DNA of 64,000 nt, taken from contig CAWAPJ010000001.1 in NCBI GenBank assembly GCA_963783885.1, forward strand, positions 112,764 through 176,763. The letters are read 5' to 3'. Below are positions 1 through 9,758 of the stretch, one piece after another. Below the pieces are notes generated by a model. That model worked only from the letters and a program-made list of their open reading frames with translations, searched no databases and had not been told where the DNA came from. Position numbers and translations under genes: made by a program. Each line of letters starts with the position of its first letter. Position 1 is the first letter of the stretch. Source of the stretch: Waddliaceae bacterium (GTDB taxonomy: Bacteria > Chlamydiota > Chlamydiia > Chlamydiales > SLFE01).

Positions 1-2045
1 AAAATCGCCCTTTCCCGAATGAAAATCGCAGGACCGTAAATCATCGATTCGATATATTCGATTTCCTCATCGGAAATCTTTTGATTCTGCAAAATTTTAT
101 AGAAAGCCAGCATAAATACAGAAGCCGCTCCCCCAATGTCAATGGCGTCTTTGCAGCTTAAGCTGAAACTGAAGGGGCGGACGATATCAATGAGTTTAAG
201 CTCTAGGAAAAAATGAAAGAGCGTAATAAAGCTCTGTCTGTCTTTCATGGATAAATATTTTTCTCCATTGAAAAAAAATTCATGGATTGCTGCTGTCGCA
301 TTATCGATAAAGCTTGCAGTCAGATTCTTTTTCACGCTGTCCGGAAAGTAGTATCCTGCGGAAGAACTTTTCAATTGTTGTTTAAAGCCTTCGATAAAAT
401 CTTCGACGTCATCCTGATTTTCATAGGTCCCGCTCTGATGATAAAACTCTGTATCGACAGCCAGGGTCAAGACAGTCAAACTATCTGAAAAGAGTGGAGC
501 ATTTTGAAGCTGCTCCAAAACCTGGCAGCGTGAGAATTCCCTCCAGGATGTTCTGTCCTGTAAATTCACAAGAAGGTGTTTTGCCTTCCTTCCCCTTTGA
601 CTTGTCGACAGGAGAAAGCCTTTGAATTCATCGAGTACAGACGCCTTATTGACAAAGACCTGCCGTGTTGGAGAGGCCATGCGCAAATTAACAACCCGAT
701 CATCGCCAAGATATAAATCGAACCATCTGTGGGGAAGATTGTGCTGATGCAACGAGTCAAAAGCGGCATATTTGCCCTCTTCGAGCGATTCAAGAATCCG
801 CTTTAAGGGTCCGCTGGCATGCTTTTTGAAAGATTTGACAATTTCAGCGTAATCATAAGCCAGCCTGCTCCATAAAAATATCCCTCTTTCCTGCTCAACG
901 GACGCCGAGCGGGGAATTGCCTCCTTTGCCTCATTCAAGATCTCGTGGACATTCGGCAGAAGCTCCTGCTGGATGTGCGAATGCAAAAAAGTTGCTCTGC
1001 ATAGATGCTGCAATACGCTCACGAGGCAGTTTGCCAAAATGTTTGACGGCTTTGGAGGATAAACCAGTAGTTTTTGATAGTAGCGGTTATTGAGAGCTTC
1101 CCTGAGATATCCCTGAAAATCGGCGAAATAGTGAATGCACGATTTCCCTTCCTTATTTTTTCTGTTGGAATGGAGATTTTTTGGATCTGCGGCGAGCATC
1201 AGGGCCATAATCGCGCTGCTCATTTCTCTTACTTGTGCACGGCCTTTATAACGAAACGCCTCATGGTAGAATCGTTTTAACGACAAATTCAGCGAGTGAA
1301 GAATATTGAGCGCTGCCACATGGCACATCACATCGCGCCAGTTGTATACCCTGGCAAAAATATCGGTTTCTTCATCAGAATAACTTCCGAATTCGCAAAC
1401 AAGTTTAATATTCCGCAAAAGTCTGGGACTGAAAAATCGGCTCCCGTCTTCTTTTCTCATTAATAGAAGCTCATATTCATTGTCCCGCTTAACCATTTCC
1501 AGATCCACAAAAACATGCTGGCTCTTTTCTTTTTTTCTCGCTCTAGCTTTTCTAAGCAATTCCTTGGAAGGACCGGTTTTCGCGAGGCCGAAAATCCATT
1601 TGCTGAGCATCCCCTCGTCTACCTGTCTTTCCACTTTCCTGGTATAAAACTCCTGAAGCCTTTTATATTCGTTCATCTGGGTCACGCTTTTTGTGCTTTT
1701 CGTTTTGAAGAGACTAGAAAATTTGTCCAAATTTTTAGCCGCTTCGCCGACCAGCACCATAATCGACCTGACATCTTCGATTTTTTTCTCCGAAACAACA
1801 GGCTCTTCTTCATAGATCAATTTCACGTAGTGCAAAATAGTCTGAAAAATCTCCTTAATCCGACCTTCGGAAAGCTCCTTAGAAACATTCTTGATTTTTT
1901 TGACCCTTCCAGAAATCGGCTTGACTGTTTCAAGGTTAGCCAGAGGGACAGCCGGCTCCTCTTCCCCCAGCTGAGCTATAAGAGATAGGGTATTAAGCGC
2001 TTCTGAAATACTTACCCTTTTATCATCATCTTTTTTACTTTCCAT
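1..2045 (-). CDS. Large hypothetical protein, probably Chlamydiae-conserved; 3' end runs off the window (absent from the ORF track)
   Basis: Manual translation from ATG 2045 gives MESKKDDDKRVSISEALNTLSLIAQLGEEE...VDLEMVKRDNEYELLLMRKEDGSRFFSPRLLRNIKLVCEF. The same frame still reads EYIESMIYGPAIFIRERAI at positions 59-3. Middle part not fully checked. Confidence 0.75.
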   Translation of the reverse strand, partial: MESKKDDDKRVSISEALNTLSLIAQLGEEEPAVPLANLETVKPISGRVKKIKNVSKELSEGRIKEIFQTILHYVKLIYEEEPVVSEKKIEDVRSIMVLVGEAAKNLDKFSSLFKTKSTKSVTQMNEYKRLQEFYTRKVERQVDEGMLSKWIFGLAKTGPSKELLRKARARKKEKSQHVFVDLEMVKRDNEYELLLMRKEDGSRFFSPRLLRNIKLVCEFGSYSDEETDIFARVYNWRDVMCHVAALNILHSLNLSLKRFYHEAFRYKGRAQVREMSSAIMALMLAADPKNLHSNRKNKEGKSCIHYFADFQGYLREALNNRYYQKLLVYPPKPSNILANCLVSVLQHLCRATFLHSHIQQELLPNVHEILNEAKEAIPRSASVEQERGIFLWSRLAYDYAEIVKSFKKHASGPLKRILESLEEGKYAAFDSLHQHNLPHRWFDLYLGDDRVVNLRMASPTRQVFVNKASVLDEFKGFLLSTSQRGRKAKHLLVNLQDRTSWREFSRCQVLEQLQNAPLFSDSLTVLTLAVDTEFYHQSGTYENQDDVEDFIEGFKQQLKSSSAGYYFPDSVKKNLTASFIDNATAAIHEFFFNGEKYLSMKDRQSFITLFHFFLELKLIDIVRPFSFSLSCKDAIDIGGAASVFMLAFYKILQNQKISDEEIEYIESMIYGPAIFIRERAI

Positions 2046-2233
2046 AAAACCATCCTCACAACTATCTACAACTATTATCCCATCATAAAATATTTTATAC
2101 AATTAAAATTCAAATTAATTTTATTAGGTATTTAAATTAATATTTAAAATATGTTATAATCCACCAAATTTTGATCATTTCCATTTAATCTCAAAATCGT
2201 TATGGTTAAGTGATTAAGAAGGAGAGCGCCGCT

Positions 2234-2575
2234 ATGTTAGACAAGCTGCAATTAAACGGGACGTTAACCGGGGCCTATGAGGGCAATGATTTTAAAGCCG
2301 AGTTTAAAGACCGCTCATTAAAGCTCTATTTTGACAGCATCGACACCTTGAAAACGCTGAAAGACCTGCTCTTTGACAAAATTAAGACGCTTAAAGACGA
2401 CCCTAAATTGAAAGAGACCCTGGAAAAAATCGACATAGAAATTTATTTAGAAAAAGAGTTGATTATTAAGATCGGCAAAAGCGCGAAAACCAATTTTATC
2501 AGCGGAATGCTCGGAATCCCCTATTTTGAAGTTGTGGCAAACAGCCGCATGTCGGACCTGATGAGTCTTATGTAA
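2234..2575 (+). CDS. Hypothetical protein (~113 aa)
   Basis: ORF with AAGGAG RBS upstream of ATG 2234; divergent from the left ORF across an AT-rich spacer. Confidence 0.65.
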   Translation: MLDKLQLNGTLTGAYEGNDFKAEFKDRSLKLYFDSIDTLKTLKDLLFDKIKTLKDDPKLKETLEKIDIEIYLEKELIIKIGKSAKTNFISGMLGIPYFEVVANSRMSDLMSLM

Positions 2576-2579
2576 CGGC

Positions 2580-2608
2580 TTGACACATTTTGGGCAATCA
2601 GCTATAAA
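2580..2608 (+). promoter_or_regulatory. Sigma66/sigma70-type promoter of tRNA-Ser
   Basis: TTGACA-N17-TATAAA, 17 bp upstream of the tRNA. Confidence 0.75.
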
Positions 2609-2625
2609 AGTATTCTCATTATTAA

Positions 2626-2710
2626 GGAAGAGTGGCAGAGTGGCCGAATGCGCCTGTCTTGAAAACAGGAGTCCCGCAAGGGACCGGGGGTTCGAATCCC
2701 TCCTCTTCCG
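2626..2710 (+). tRNA. tRNA-Ser(TGA)
   Basis: GGAAGAG/CTCTTCC acceptor stem, anticodon arm CCTGT-CTTGAAA-ACAGG, long variable arm, GTTCGAATC T-loop. Confidence 0.95.
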
Positions 2711-2778
2711 ACACCTAATATGAGTTTGAAACTGCGATCAGCTTATCAAACGGCTCACGCAGTGTTATGATCCTCTTT

Positions 2779-3411
2779 TTATTTTGCTGCTAACCAAAAT
2801 TGATACAATCCATCAATATCTTCAGAACACAATAATTTCATCGATTGGGCTAATTGATCCTCAGACCAATCCCACCAAGACATTTCCAGCAATTTCTGTA
2901 TTTGCCCATCAGAAAATCTTTTCCTGATAGGTTTTGCAGAATTTCCTGCAACGATGGTGTAGGGTTCGATATCTCTTGTAACTACTGACCGAGCTCCAAT
3001 GACCGCTCCACTCCCCACCTTTATGCCAGGCATAATCATCGTCTCCGCCCCTATCCATACATCATGGCCTATTTCAGTATTCCCGGCTCCTAAGTAACCG
3101 TTAGCAGCTTCTTTCATACACGGTTCATCAAAATAGAAAAAAGGAAAGGAGCTGACCCATTCCATGCGATGTCCCTGATTACCCGCCATAACAAAAGAAA
3201 CACCTGTACCTATAGAGCAGAAACTGCCAATTATCAGTTTGTCCACGTCATCTCTATCAGGCATAAGATAGCGAGCGCATTCATCAAATGAATGGCCATG
3301 ATAGTAACCTGAGTAATAACTGTAACGCCCAACAATAATATTTGGATTTTTTACCTGTTGATCGAGTGGAATACCCTTAAATGGACTTTCAAAATAGTTA
3401 TCTCTAGTCAT
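2779..3411 (-). CDS. catB: Type B chloramphenicol O-acetyltransferase (xenobiotic acetyltransferase, hexapeptide repeat)
   Basis: N-terminus NYFESPFKG...[28 protein letters not shown]...[22 protein letters not shown] and WWDW motifs typical of CatB. Confidence 0.85.
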   Translation of the reverse strand: MTRDNYFESPFKGIPLDQQVKNPNIIVGRYSYYSGYYHGHSFDECARYLMPDRDDVDKLIIGSFCSIGTGVSFVMAGNQGHRMEWVSSFPFFYFDEPCMKEAANGYLGAGNTEIGHDVWIGAETMIMPGIKVGSGAVIGARSVVTRDIEPYTIVAGNSAKPIRKRFSDGQIQKLLEMSWWDWSEDQLAQSMKLLCSEDIDGLYQFWLAAK

Positions 3412-3449
3412 GAAATGATTCCTTGTGTCTTGTCTCAAAAGTTTTTTGC

Positions 3450-4513
3450 TTAAGATAGCTGGTTAAAGATAACATTTCGACTTAATAGTTTTGAAATAAT
3501 GTCAGTAGTTGATTTGTCAGACTCATCTAGAGGACCTATACTAAATTCTCTGAGTTTTTCACATTGAAGTATTTCTTTAGGAATGGAAATTGTCGTAGGT
3601 CCAGTCAACAAGTCTGACCCGTTAAGAATAAAAATTGTTTCCAGATTTTGCAGCTTCCCAATTTCTGGGGGAAGGGAACGGAGATCGCAACGGTGAAAAT
3701 AAATATGTTTTAAATTGGTTAACTTCTCGATTTCCGGAGGAATCGACTTTATATCCATATACATTGAGGTGAAAGATTCGAGTTTTGAAAAATACTGAAT
3801 TTCCGGAGGTATGTAATAGAATTGAGGTTTATCTTTTCTTGGATTTGCAATATTTATTTGTTGAATATCCGGAGACCGGTCTTCAAGGGTCTCTCTCCAT
3901 CTTTTTGCCTCTTTTTGTGCTTGCTCAGGATCCTCCAAATGCTCTTCCAAGGATATTTTCCTATCGGATAAAACGATACGGCAAAATTGACAAAGAGCCA
4001 CATCCTGCTTTTGCTCAATTTCTTTTGTGATGCGCTCGACGATTTCCGGCTTAATCGTTTCATCCACGTCAATTTCGTAATCACGGCATAGCCTGTCCAG
4101 CTCCTTAGAAAAACCTCGACAAAGGCCGCACGATAAGCACGTGTGTTTGGTTCTATGGGCACTTTTTTGAACTCAGGCTTCTTATCTTTTTTTCGAAATA
4201 ATTTCGAAATTATGCCTTTCTTTTTTTCCGGTTTTTGCTCCTCTTCCAAATAGAAGGCCTTATCTGGAAGCATTTTTTCAACCCTTTCCCCGAGTTTAGG
4301 GTAAGCTCTCTTCAGGTGTTTCATCGGTGAGAGGCTTTCATCCTCGCAAATCTGTTTCCATGAACGGCTGACTAAACTTAAATTTTTAACATCTTCTTCA
4401 TCTAATTTACTGGCAATAAATAATCTAACCTCATCGGGAAGATTCGAAATAAGGTCTTTTTCCGGGGGCTTAGACCGGTCAATTTTATCTCTATCTGGCG
4501 GCAATTTTTGCAT
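3450..4513 (-). pseudogene. F-box + leucine-rich-repeat protein split by a 1-nt frameshift (~354 aa if restored)
   Basis: F-box LISNLPDEVRLFIASKLDEEDVKNLSLVSRSWKQI in ORF 3854-4513 and LRRs (IPPEIEKLTNLKHI, LPPEIGKLQNLETI) in ORF 3450-4067. Adding one T to the T5 run at 4109-4113 joins them as EVFSKELDRLCRDYEIDVDETIK. Confidence 0.8.
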
Positions 4514-4619
4514 CTCTCATCTCCTTAATAGCTTTTTTAAACTGAAGAAGCAGGATTCATGCCAAAACAATTTTTTAACGGCTTGTAGATTAACGTGGAT
4601 TGAGATAAAATTTCACCTG

Positions 4620-6485
4620 ATGAAGTACTGTGAATTCGTTTACAAGACGTTAAGGCGAAAGACGCGAGAAGTGATGGTCGGAAGCGTCGGGGTCGGAGGG
4701 GCCAATCCTATCCGTATTCAATCAATGACCACATCCAGCACAAGGGATGTCGAGGCGACGCTCGAGCAAATCATGAGGCTGGCCGATTCCGGCTGCGAAA
4801 TCGCCCGCGTGACTGTACAGGGCATGAAAGAGGCCGAAGCGTGCGAGGGGATCAAAAATGGCCTTTTGCGGAAAGGGTATGAGATTCCCCTTGTCGCCGA
4901 TATTCATTTTTACCCCCCTGCCGCCATGAAAGTGTGCGAATTTGTCGACAAAGTGAGGATCAACCCAGGAAATTTTGCAGACAGAAGGGCGACTTTCAAG
5001 GTTTTGGAATATGATGATGCATCTTATGCCAAAGAGATCGAAAGAATCGAAGAGAAATTCACCCCCCTCGTCGTCAAATGCAAGCAGCTCAAACGAGCTA
5101 TGCGTATCGGGACCAATCACGGATCGCTGTCCGATAGAATCATGAACCGCTTTGGGGACACCCCTCAGGGGATGGTCGAATCGGCTCTTGAATACGCCAG
5201 AATCTGCCGGCAAAATGACTATCACGATTTTATGTTTTCGATGAAGTCTTCCAATCCGCAAGTGATGATTCAGGCCTACCGGCTCCTCGCGGCCAGGATG
5301 TATGAACTGGGGTGGGAATATCCCCTCCATCTCGGCGTCACGGAGGCGGGAGAGGGCGAAGACGGCAGGGCCAAATCGGCAATCGGCATCGGCTCTTTGC
5401 TTCTCGACGGGCTGGGCGATACGATCCGCGTCTCCCTCACGGAAGATCCATGGCACGAGATCGATCCCTGCTCGCGATTGATACGCTTTGCCAAGAGTTA
5501 TCAAGGGCGAGGCATTCTTCCGTTCGAAGAAAAACATCGCGATATGATGCACATCGTTCGGCGCTCGGTCGATCTACCCAAGCATGTTTCGATGCACCGA
5601 GACGGAACAGTCATCCTAAAGATGAGTCGCGAAGCAGCGGATGATCCATCTTTCTATGAAAAGATTGGATGCTCCGAAATTGGGAGCTTAACCCCGATGA
5701 GCGCAGACAGCCTCATTTTTGATCAAATGCCGGAAAATGGAAGCGATCTCAAAGAGGCCGGAGTGGGCATCCTGCAGCCTGTTTCGATTCGAGAGCATGA
5801 ACTCAGGCGCTTTGCGACTCGGCTGGGAGAAAGATATCGCGACGCCGTTTATGTTGAGGAAAATGATGAAGCTGTGTGGCAGTCTTTAAAAACGATCAAA
5901 CCCGCGATGATCTTACTCCGCCCTAAAGAAAACTGCCTCCATGTTTGCCGCAAATTTTTTGAGTGGCTGCAAGCAAACGATCTAAAAGTTCCTGTGATTC
6001 TGAATTTTTCCTATGACTGCTCGAAAGAAGACCTGATTATTCGCTCTGCGGCTGAATGCGGCTCTCTTTTCTGCGATGGTCTTGGAGACGGCCTCTGCCT
6101 TGAAGGGCCTTATGACCCCGCATTTTTGCGCAATTTGAGCTTTAACATTCTTCAATCGGCAAGGATGCGCATGATCAAAACTGACTTTATCTCCTGCCCC
6201 AGCTGCGGACGGACGCTATTCAACCTTCAAGATGTCACAAAAAGAATTCGGAAAAGGACAGCGCATCTTCCCGGCGTCAAAATCGCGATCATGGGATGCA
6301 TTGTGAACGGTCCGGGGGAAATGGCGGACGCTGACTTCGGTTATGTGGGGTCAAAACCGGGAAAAATCGACCTGTATGTAGGCAAGACATGCGTTGAGCG
6401 CAATATCGACTTCGAGGATGCTGACGACCGTTTGGTAGACTTAATCAAAGCTCATGACCGTTGGGTTGACCCTACCACTTATTAG
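4620..6485 (+). CDS. ispG: (E)-4-hydroxy-3-methylbut-2-enyl-diphosphate synthase, long three-domain form
   Basis: IQSMTT, PLVADIHF, RINPGN, HLGVTEAG, SCPSCGRT and MGCIVNGPGE motifs. Confidence 0.97.
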   Translation: MKYCEFVYKTLRRKTREVMVGSVGVGGANPIRIQSMTTSSTRDVEATLEQIMRLADSGCEIARVTVQGMKEAEACEGIKNGLLRKGYEIPLVADIHFYPPAAMKVCEFVDKVRINPGNFADRRATFKVLEYDDASYAKEIERIEEKFTPLVVKCKQLKRAMRIGTNHGSLSDRIMNRFGDTPQGMVESALEYARICRQNDYHDFMFSMKSSNPQVMIQAYRLLAARMYELGWEYPLHLGVTEAGEGEDGRAKSAIGIGSLLLDGLGDTIRVSLTEDPWHEIDPCSRLIRFAKSYQGRGILPFEEKHRDMMHIVRRSVDLPKHVSMHRDGTVILKMSREAADDPSFYEKIGCSEIGSLTPMSADSLIFDQMPENGSDLKEAGVGILQPVSIREHELRRFATRLGERYRDAVYVEENDEAVWQSLKTIKPAMILLRPKENCLHVCRKFFEWLQANDLKVPVILNFSYDCSKEDLIIRSAAECGSLFCDGLGDGLCLEGPYDPAFLRNLSFNILQSARMRMIKTDFISCPSCGRTLFNLQDVTKRIRKRTAHLPGVKIAIMGCIVNGPGEMADADFGYVGSKPGKIDLYVGKTCVERNIDFEDADDRLVDLIKAHDRWVDPTTY

Positions 6486-7175
6486 TCTCTTCATAGCCCA
6501 ACTCGATAAGCAGATCTCCGACATTTTTTTTGAAAACATCTTTTATCTTTTCATCAAAGGATTCTCTCCATATGGAAGTCTTGGCACGGCAGAAGGTCGC
6601 TCCTGTTCCATAGACAGAGGAAAACACTTCAAGGAGGTTTTCGTCCGAGATTTCTATATCGAGAAACCGGGCAATTTTTCTCAGCTCGGCAAGATGCTCC
6701 TCTTCGGTTCAACAGCCTCCGGTAGGGCCGATAAGCTTTTCAAAACTTAAGATGCAGCAATTGGGGCTCTTATGCCACCCCTGAAAAGCCTGGACATGCC
6801 ATCTGGTGAAATTCCACCAATCGGTCCCCTCGATCATGACAATCATCTGTTTGTCGAAAGGGAGACGGGAATACCACTCGAGAGGAAAGGGGCAGCAAAT
6901 GTTTTTTCCATAATATTTGGCAGCCGAAACGACAAAATCCCTGATGTCTCTTGCAATATGAAAAACTTTTGCTCTCTTCCAGATAGGTTCTTAGAGAGTC
7001 GCTGCAAGGGATATGAGAAGCCAAAAACCGCCCTTCATTTTTATATCGATTCAACATGTCAACAATTCTGCCTTGGGTATGGGCGGCCTGTGAAGATATA
7101 TCGGAACATAGCCTAGATTTTGAAGAAGATATGTGTATTTCCACCGGGAGCAGTCCCTATAGTTGAAGTCCGAAG

Positions 7176-8320
7176 ACCCTGATTGCTACCTAAACTTGTT
7201 GTTAAAGTCTTTCGTTGGATTCAGATGCGTAGACTCGATTTGAAGGCAAGGGTAATCCCTTGCCGATAATCGAGGCTTAGCAGATGAATTCAATGAAAGA
7301 TTTTAACGACAATAGTCTCTATGATACTTCCTTAGCCAAAAAAAAGGGGGCATCATGGAAACTTACGCAACAACAGTTTATGTCATCAGCGAAGAAATCC
7401 TTCGAATTTTGGGGATTAAAGACGATCCTCAATCTCAAATGCCCAACGCAGAAGTGATAACTTTTGCTATTTTATCAGCAAAATATTTTTCTTGTAACTA
7501 TAAAATGTCCAGATATTTATGTAAAAGATTACGATTATTCAGAGCTATTTTAAGCAATAGCCGGCTAAATCGCCGAATTCATAAAATTCCTTGGATTTGT
7601 TGGAACGCCATTTTCCGTTTTTTAGCTCTATTTTTTAAGCAAATAAATAAAGATCAGGGTTTTGCTATAGACAGCTTTCCAGTTTCATGTTGTCAGAAAA
7701 ATAGAATCGATAAACGGAAGGTTTTTCTAGAACGAAGGTATTTAGGTTTCGCAGCTTCTAAAAAGCGTTACTTTTGCGGCATAAAAGTTCATAGGATTGT
7801 GACGAGCGAAGGCAAGCCGGTTGAAGTTCTTTTCAAGCCAGGAGCAGTAAGCGATGTAAAGGTGCTCTGGGAAATGAAACTGGACATTCCACCAGATTCT
7901 AAACTTTATGCAGATGGTGCGTATAATTGCTTTGATTTAGAAGACATCTTGAAAGAAGAACAAATTACATTGCTTGCAAAACGGGGATGTAAAGCAAAGA
8001 ATAGAGTCCGAACACCAATTGAAGAGAGGGAAATTAGCAGCAAGCGACAGATTGTCGAGACGACATTTAGCTGCATAACAAACCTTTTCCAAAGAACTTT
8101 TAAGTTCTGCACTGAACAAGGCTTTTTGATAAAAGTATTCTGTGCAATTCTTGCCTATAGTGTTTCGTTTTTATGCAAAGGGGAGCTCAGCTAGAGCTTA
8201 CACGAGCACACCATCTACTGCCTGTAGCGCCTCGGCAAGGGATTACCCTTGCCGAGGCGCTACAGTTGTATCTGGCGCACTCGTGTAAGCTCTAGCTAAG
8301 GTTTAGGTAGCAATCAGGGT
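7176..8320 (+). mobile_element. IS982-family insertion sequence, copy 1 (1145 bp)
   Basis: Perfect 20-bp terminal IR ACCCTGATTGCTACCTAAAC; TSD CGAAG at 7171-7175 and 8321-8325. Confidence 0.92.
7355..8194 (+). CDS. IS982-family DDE transposase
   Basis: AIDSFPV, YFCGIKVH, LYADGAY and RQIVETTFS motifs; 279 aa. Confidence 0.9.
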   Translation: METYATTVYVISEEILRILGIKDDPQSQMPNAEVITFAILSAKYFSCNYKMSRYLCKRLRLFRAILSNSRLNRRIHKIPWICWNAIFRFLALFFKQINKDQGFAIDSFPVSCCQKNRIDKRKVFLERRYLGFAASKKRYFCGIKVHRIVTSEGKPVEVLFKPGAVSDVKVLWEMKLDIPPDSKLYADGAYNCFDLEDILKEEQITLLAKRGCKAKNRVRTPIEEREISSKRQIVETTFSCITNLFQRTFKFCTEQGFLIKVFCAILAYSVSFLCKGELS

Positions 8321-8499
8321 CGAAGGGATCCAGCAAGCCTTTTTCTCGGTAAGCTTCTCTAGAATCGGGATGAGAAGATGACTGCCGGTCTTCGGCATTG
8401 TCGTGACGATAAATTCGGCAGCTGATAAACTGATCGTCAGGAATAAAGCGACAAACAAATAGCGAAACATCGCAGTTATTATAGACAAAGTCAGCTATT

Positions 8500-9009
8500 A
8501 TGAGAATACTGCTTTTGCTGCTTGCTCTTGGAACACTCGGAGCAAACGACATCACTTTGACAATTGAACACGCCCAAACCCCCGAAGAGCTTAGCTGGGG
8601 CCTAATGGGAAGAGAGGAGCTTTCGGAAAATCACGGGATGCTCTTCCATTATCCTCAATGCACAAGACATAAGCTTTGGATGTTTGGCTGTCTTATCCCC
8701 CTCTCTGCCGCATTTCTTGACGAGGAAGGGAAAATCGTCGAAATTCACCAATTGGAAGCCTATCCCGACAAAGTGAAAAATACCGTTCCAATCGAGTCCT
8801 ATGAAGATCTGGAAAATCTGGACCTCAAGGATCCTGTCATCCGGTTTTTTATCAAAAAGTCTGTTATATCTTCCAAACCAGTCAAATATGCCTTGGAAAT
8901 GCCTTATGGCTGGTTTCATGAAAATGGAGTGGCTGAGGGAGACACCCTCATCTGGGAAAGTCCTGTTGAGAAAATCGGGAATATAGGCTATATTAAAATA
9001 TATGAGTAA
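8500..9009 (+). CDS. DUF192-family exported protein
   Basis: Signal peptide; GLMGRE..GMLF..WM...IPLSAAFLD...YALEMP.GW pattern. Confidence 0.85.
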   Translation: MRILLLLLALGTLGANDITLTIEHAQTPEELSWGLMGREELSENHGMLFHYPQCTRHKLWMFGCLIPLSAAFLDEEGKIVEIHQLEAYPDKVKNTVPIESYEDLENLDLKDPVIRFFIKKSVISSKPVKYALEMPYGWFHENGVAEGDTLIWESPVEKIGNIGYIKIYE

Positions 9010-9376
9010 ACCACTTGTCTCTCATCAGAAAGCTGTTTCTATCGCCGGAGGGGTCCTGCTTATTTGCATCGGCATACTCTTTTATACCAAATTCTGGTGG
9101 CCGGGGATTTTGCTGGCCCTTATGGCAACTGTAGGCATCAAAGAAGCGCTTAGAGGGCGGTATTACGATATGGCCTTGTCTGTCGCCATTTTCGGTGTAT
9201 TGTTTTTGTTCTTCTTCTTAAACAGTAGCTGGTCTATTGCCGTTCCTGTTTTATTTACTGTCGCAGGAATATGGATTATCTTCCGCGAATTTTTGAGCAC
9301 GCAAAAACGGACAGGAGACGAGGCCGCTGAAGATGCAAGCCGGGAGATGAATGACGAGGAAGAAGATGAACAATGA
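9002..9376 (+). CDS. Small 4-TM membrane protein
   Basis: Four hydrophobic segments, WWPGILL motif, acidic tail; overlaps both neighbours. Confidence 0.75.
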   Translation: MSKPLVSHQKAVSIAGGVLLICIGILFYTKFWWPGILLALMATVGIKEALRGRYYDMALSVAIFGVLFLFFFLNSSWSIAVPVLFTVAGIWIIFREFLSTQKRTGDEAAEDASREMNDEEEDEQ

Positions 9377-9758
9377 TATCATTCATATTGCCAAAATCCT
9401 AAGCCGGGGCGAAACTGTTTACCTTTTTTTAAAAAAAACGGGTCCGGAAACCTACCAGTGGTTTAGAGGTGAAGAGACGACAGATGTCAAAGGAATCACC
9501 CCGGAAGAGGCCATGAGGCTTGCCAAAAGGCAATGGAGGCATAACTCCTTTCGTTTTGTAAACTGCGGATTTCGTTTTACCCTTCCGGAAAGAGACGAGC
9601 ACGGAGGCAATGCGCTATTTTGTCAAATGGCCGCCTCTTATAAGGCATCCAATGGCATCTATTTTGACGAAGAGCTGGGACACAGCTGCATCGTTAAAAA
9701 AGCTTCGGACGAGGCAAGCGAATTGCTCAGAAAATTAAAGAGGGAATTGCAAAAGTAA
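9366..9758 (+). CDS. Hypothetical protein (probably Chlamydiae-conserved)
   Basis: Operonic ORF with CGFRFTLPERDEHG motif; last codons and stop lie inside a palindromic element. Confidence 0.75.
   Translation: MNNDIIHIAKILSRGETVYLFLKKTGPETYQWFRGEETTDVKGITPEEAMRLAKRQWRHNSFRFVNCGFRFTLPERDEHGGNALFCQMAASYKASNGIYFDEELGHSCIVKKASDEASELLRKLKRELQK

Larger units (their letters stand above)
6472..8470 (-). pseudogene. Secreted sulfotransferase, interrupted by IS982 and further decayed
   Basis: Signal peptide and FIVTTMPKTGSHLL (5'-PSB-like) right of the IS. Left of the IS: HIARDIRDFVVS (3'-PB-like), LSFEKLIG and GDLLIELGYEETNKW* (stop 6472-6474). Two frameshifts (~7050-7100, ~6965) and an in-frame TGA at 6709-6711. 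Confidence 0.85.

Noticed and set aside
282-1988. Short ORFs listed in the first 2 kb
   Set aside because: They overlap the long minus-strand CDS starting at 2045, which runs off the window
2711-2772. Possible attC site downstream of catB (TCATAAC...ATTAGGT with an imperfect hairpin)
   Set aside because: No GTT core, wrong L'-R' spacing, no core site upstream of the gene and no integrase in the window; at most a terminator-like hairpin or eroded remnant
4722-5552. 276-aa antisense ORF inside ispG, and similar shadow ORFs in rpoBC, bamA (55650-56588) and lpxD
   Set aside because: They lie opposite well-conserved genes, have no motifs and are explained by codon bias
6709-6711. In-frame TGA as possible selenocysteine or recoding
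   Set aside because: The gene has other inactivating lesions, and TGA is used as a normal stop elsewhere in the window
6454-7144. Small ORFs 6454-6750, 6772-7116 and 6770-7144
   Set aside because: Antisense to, or fragments of, the sulfotransferase pseudogene
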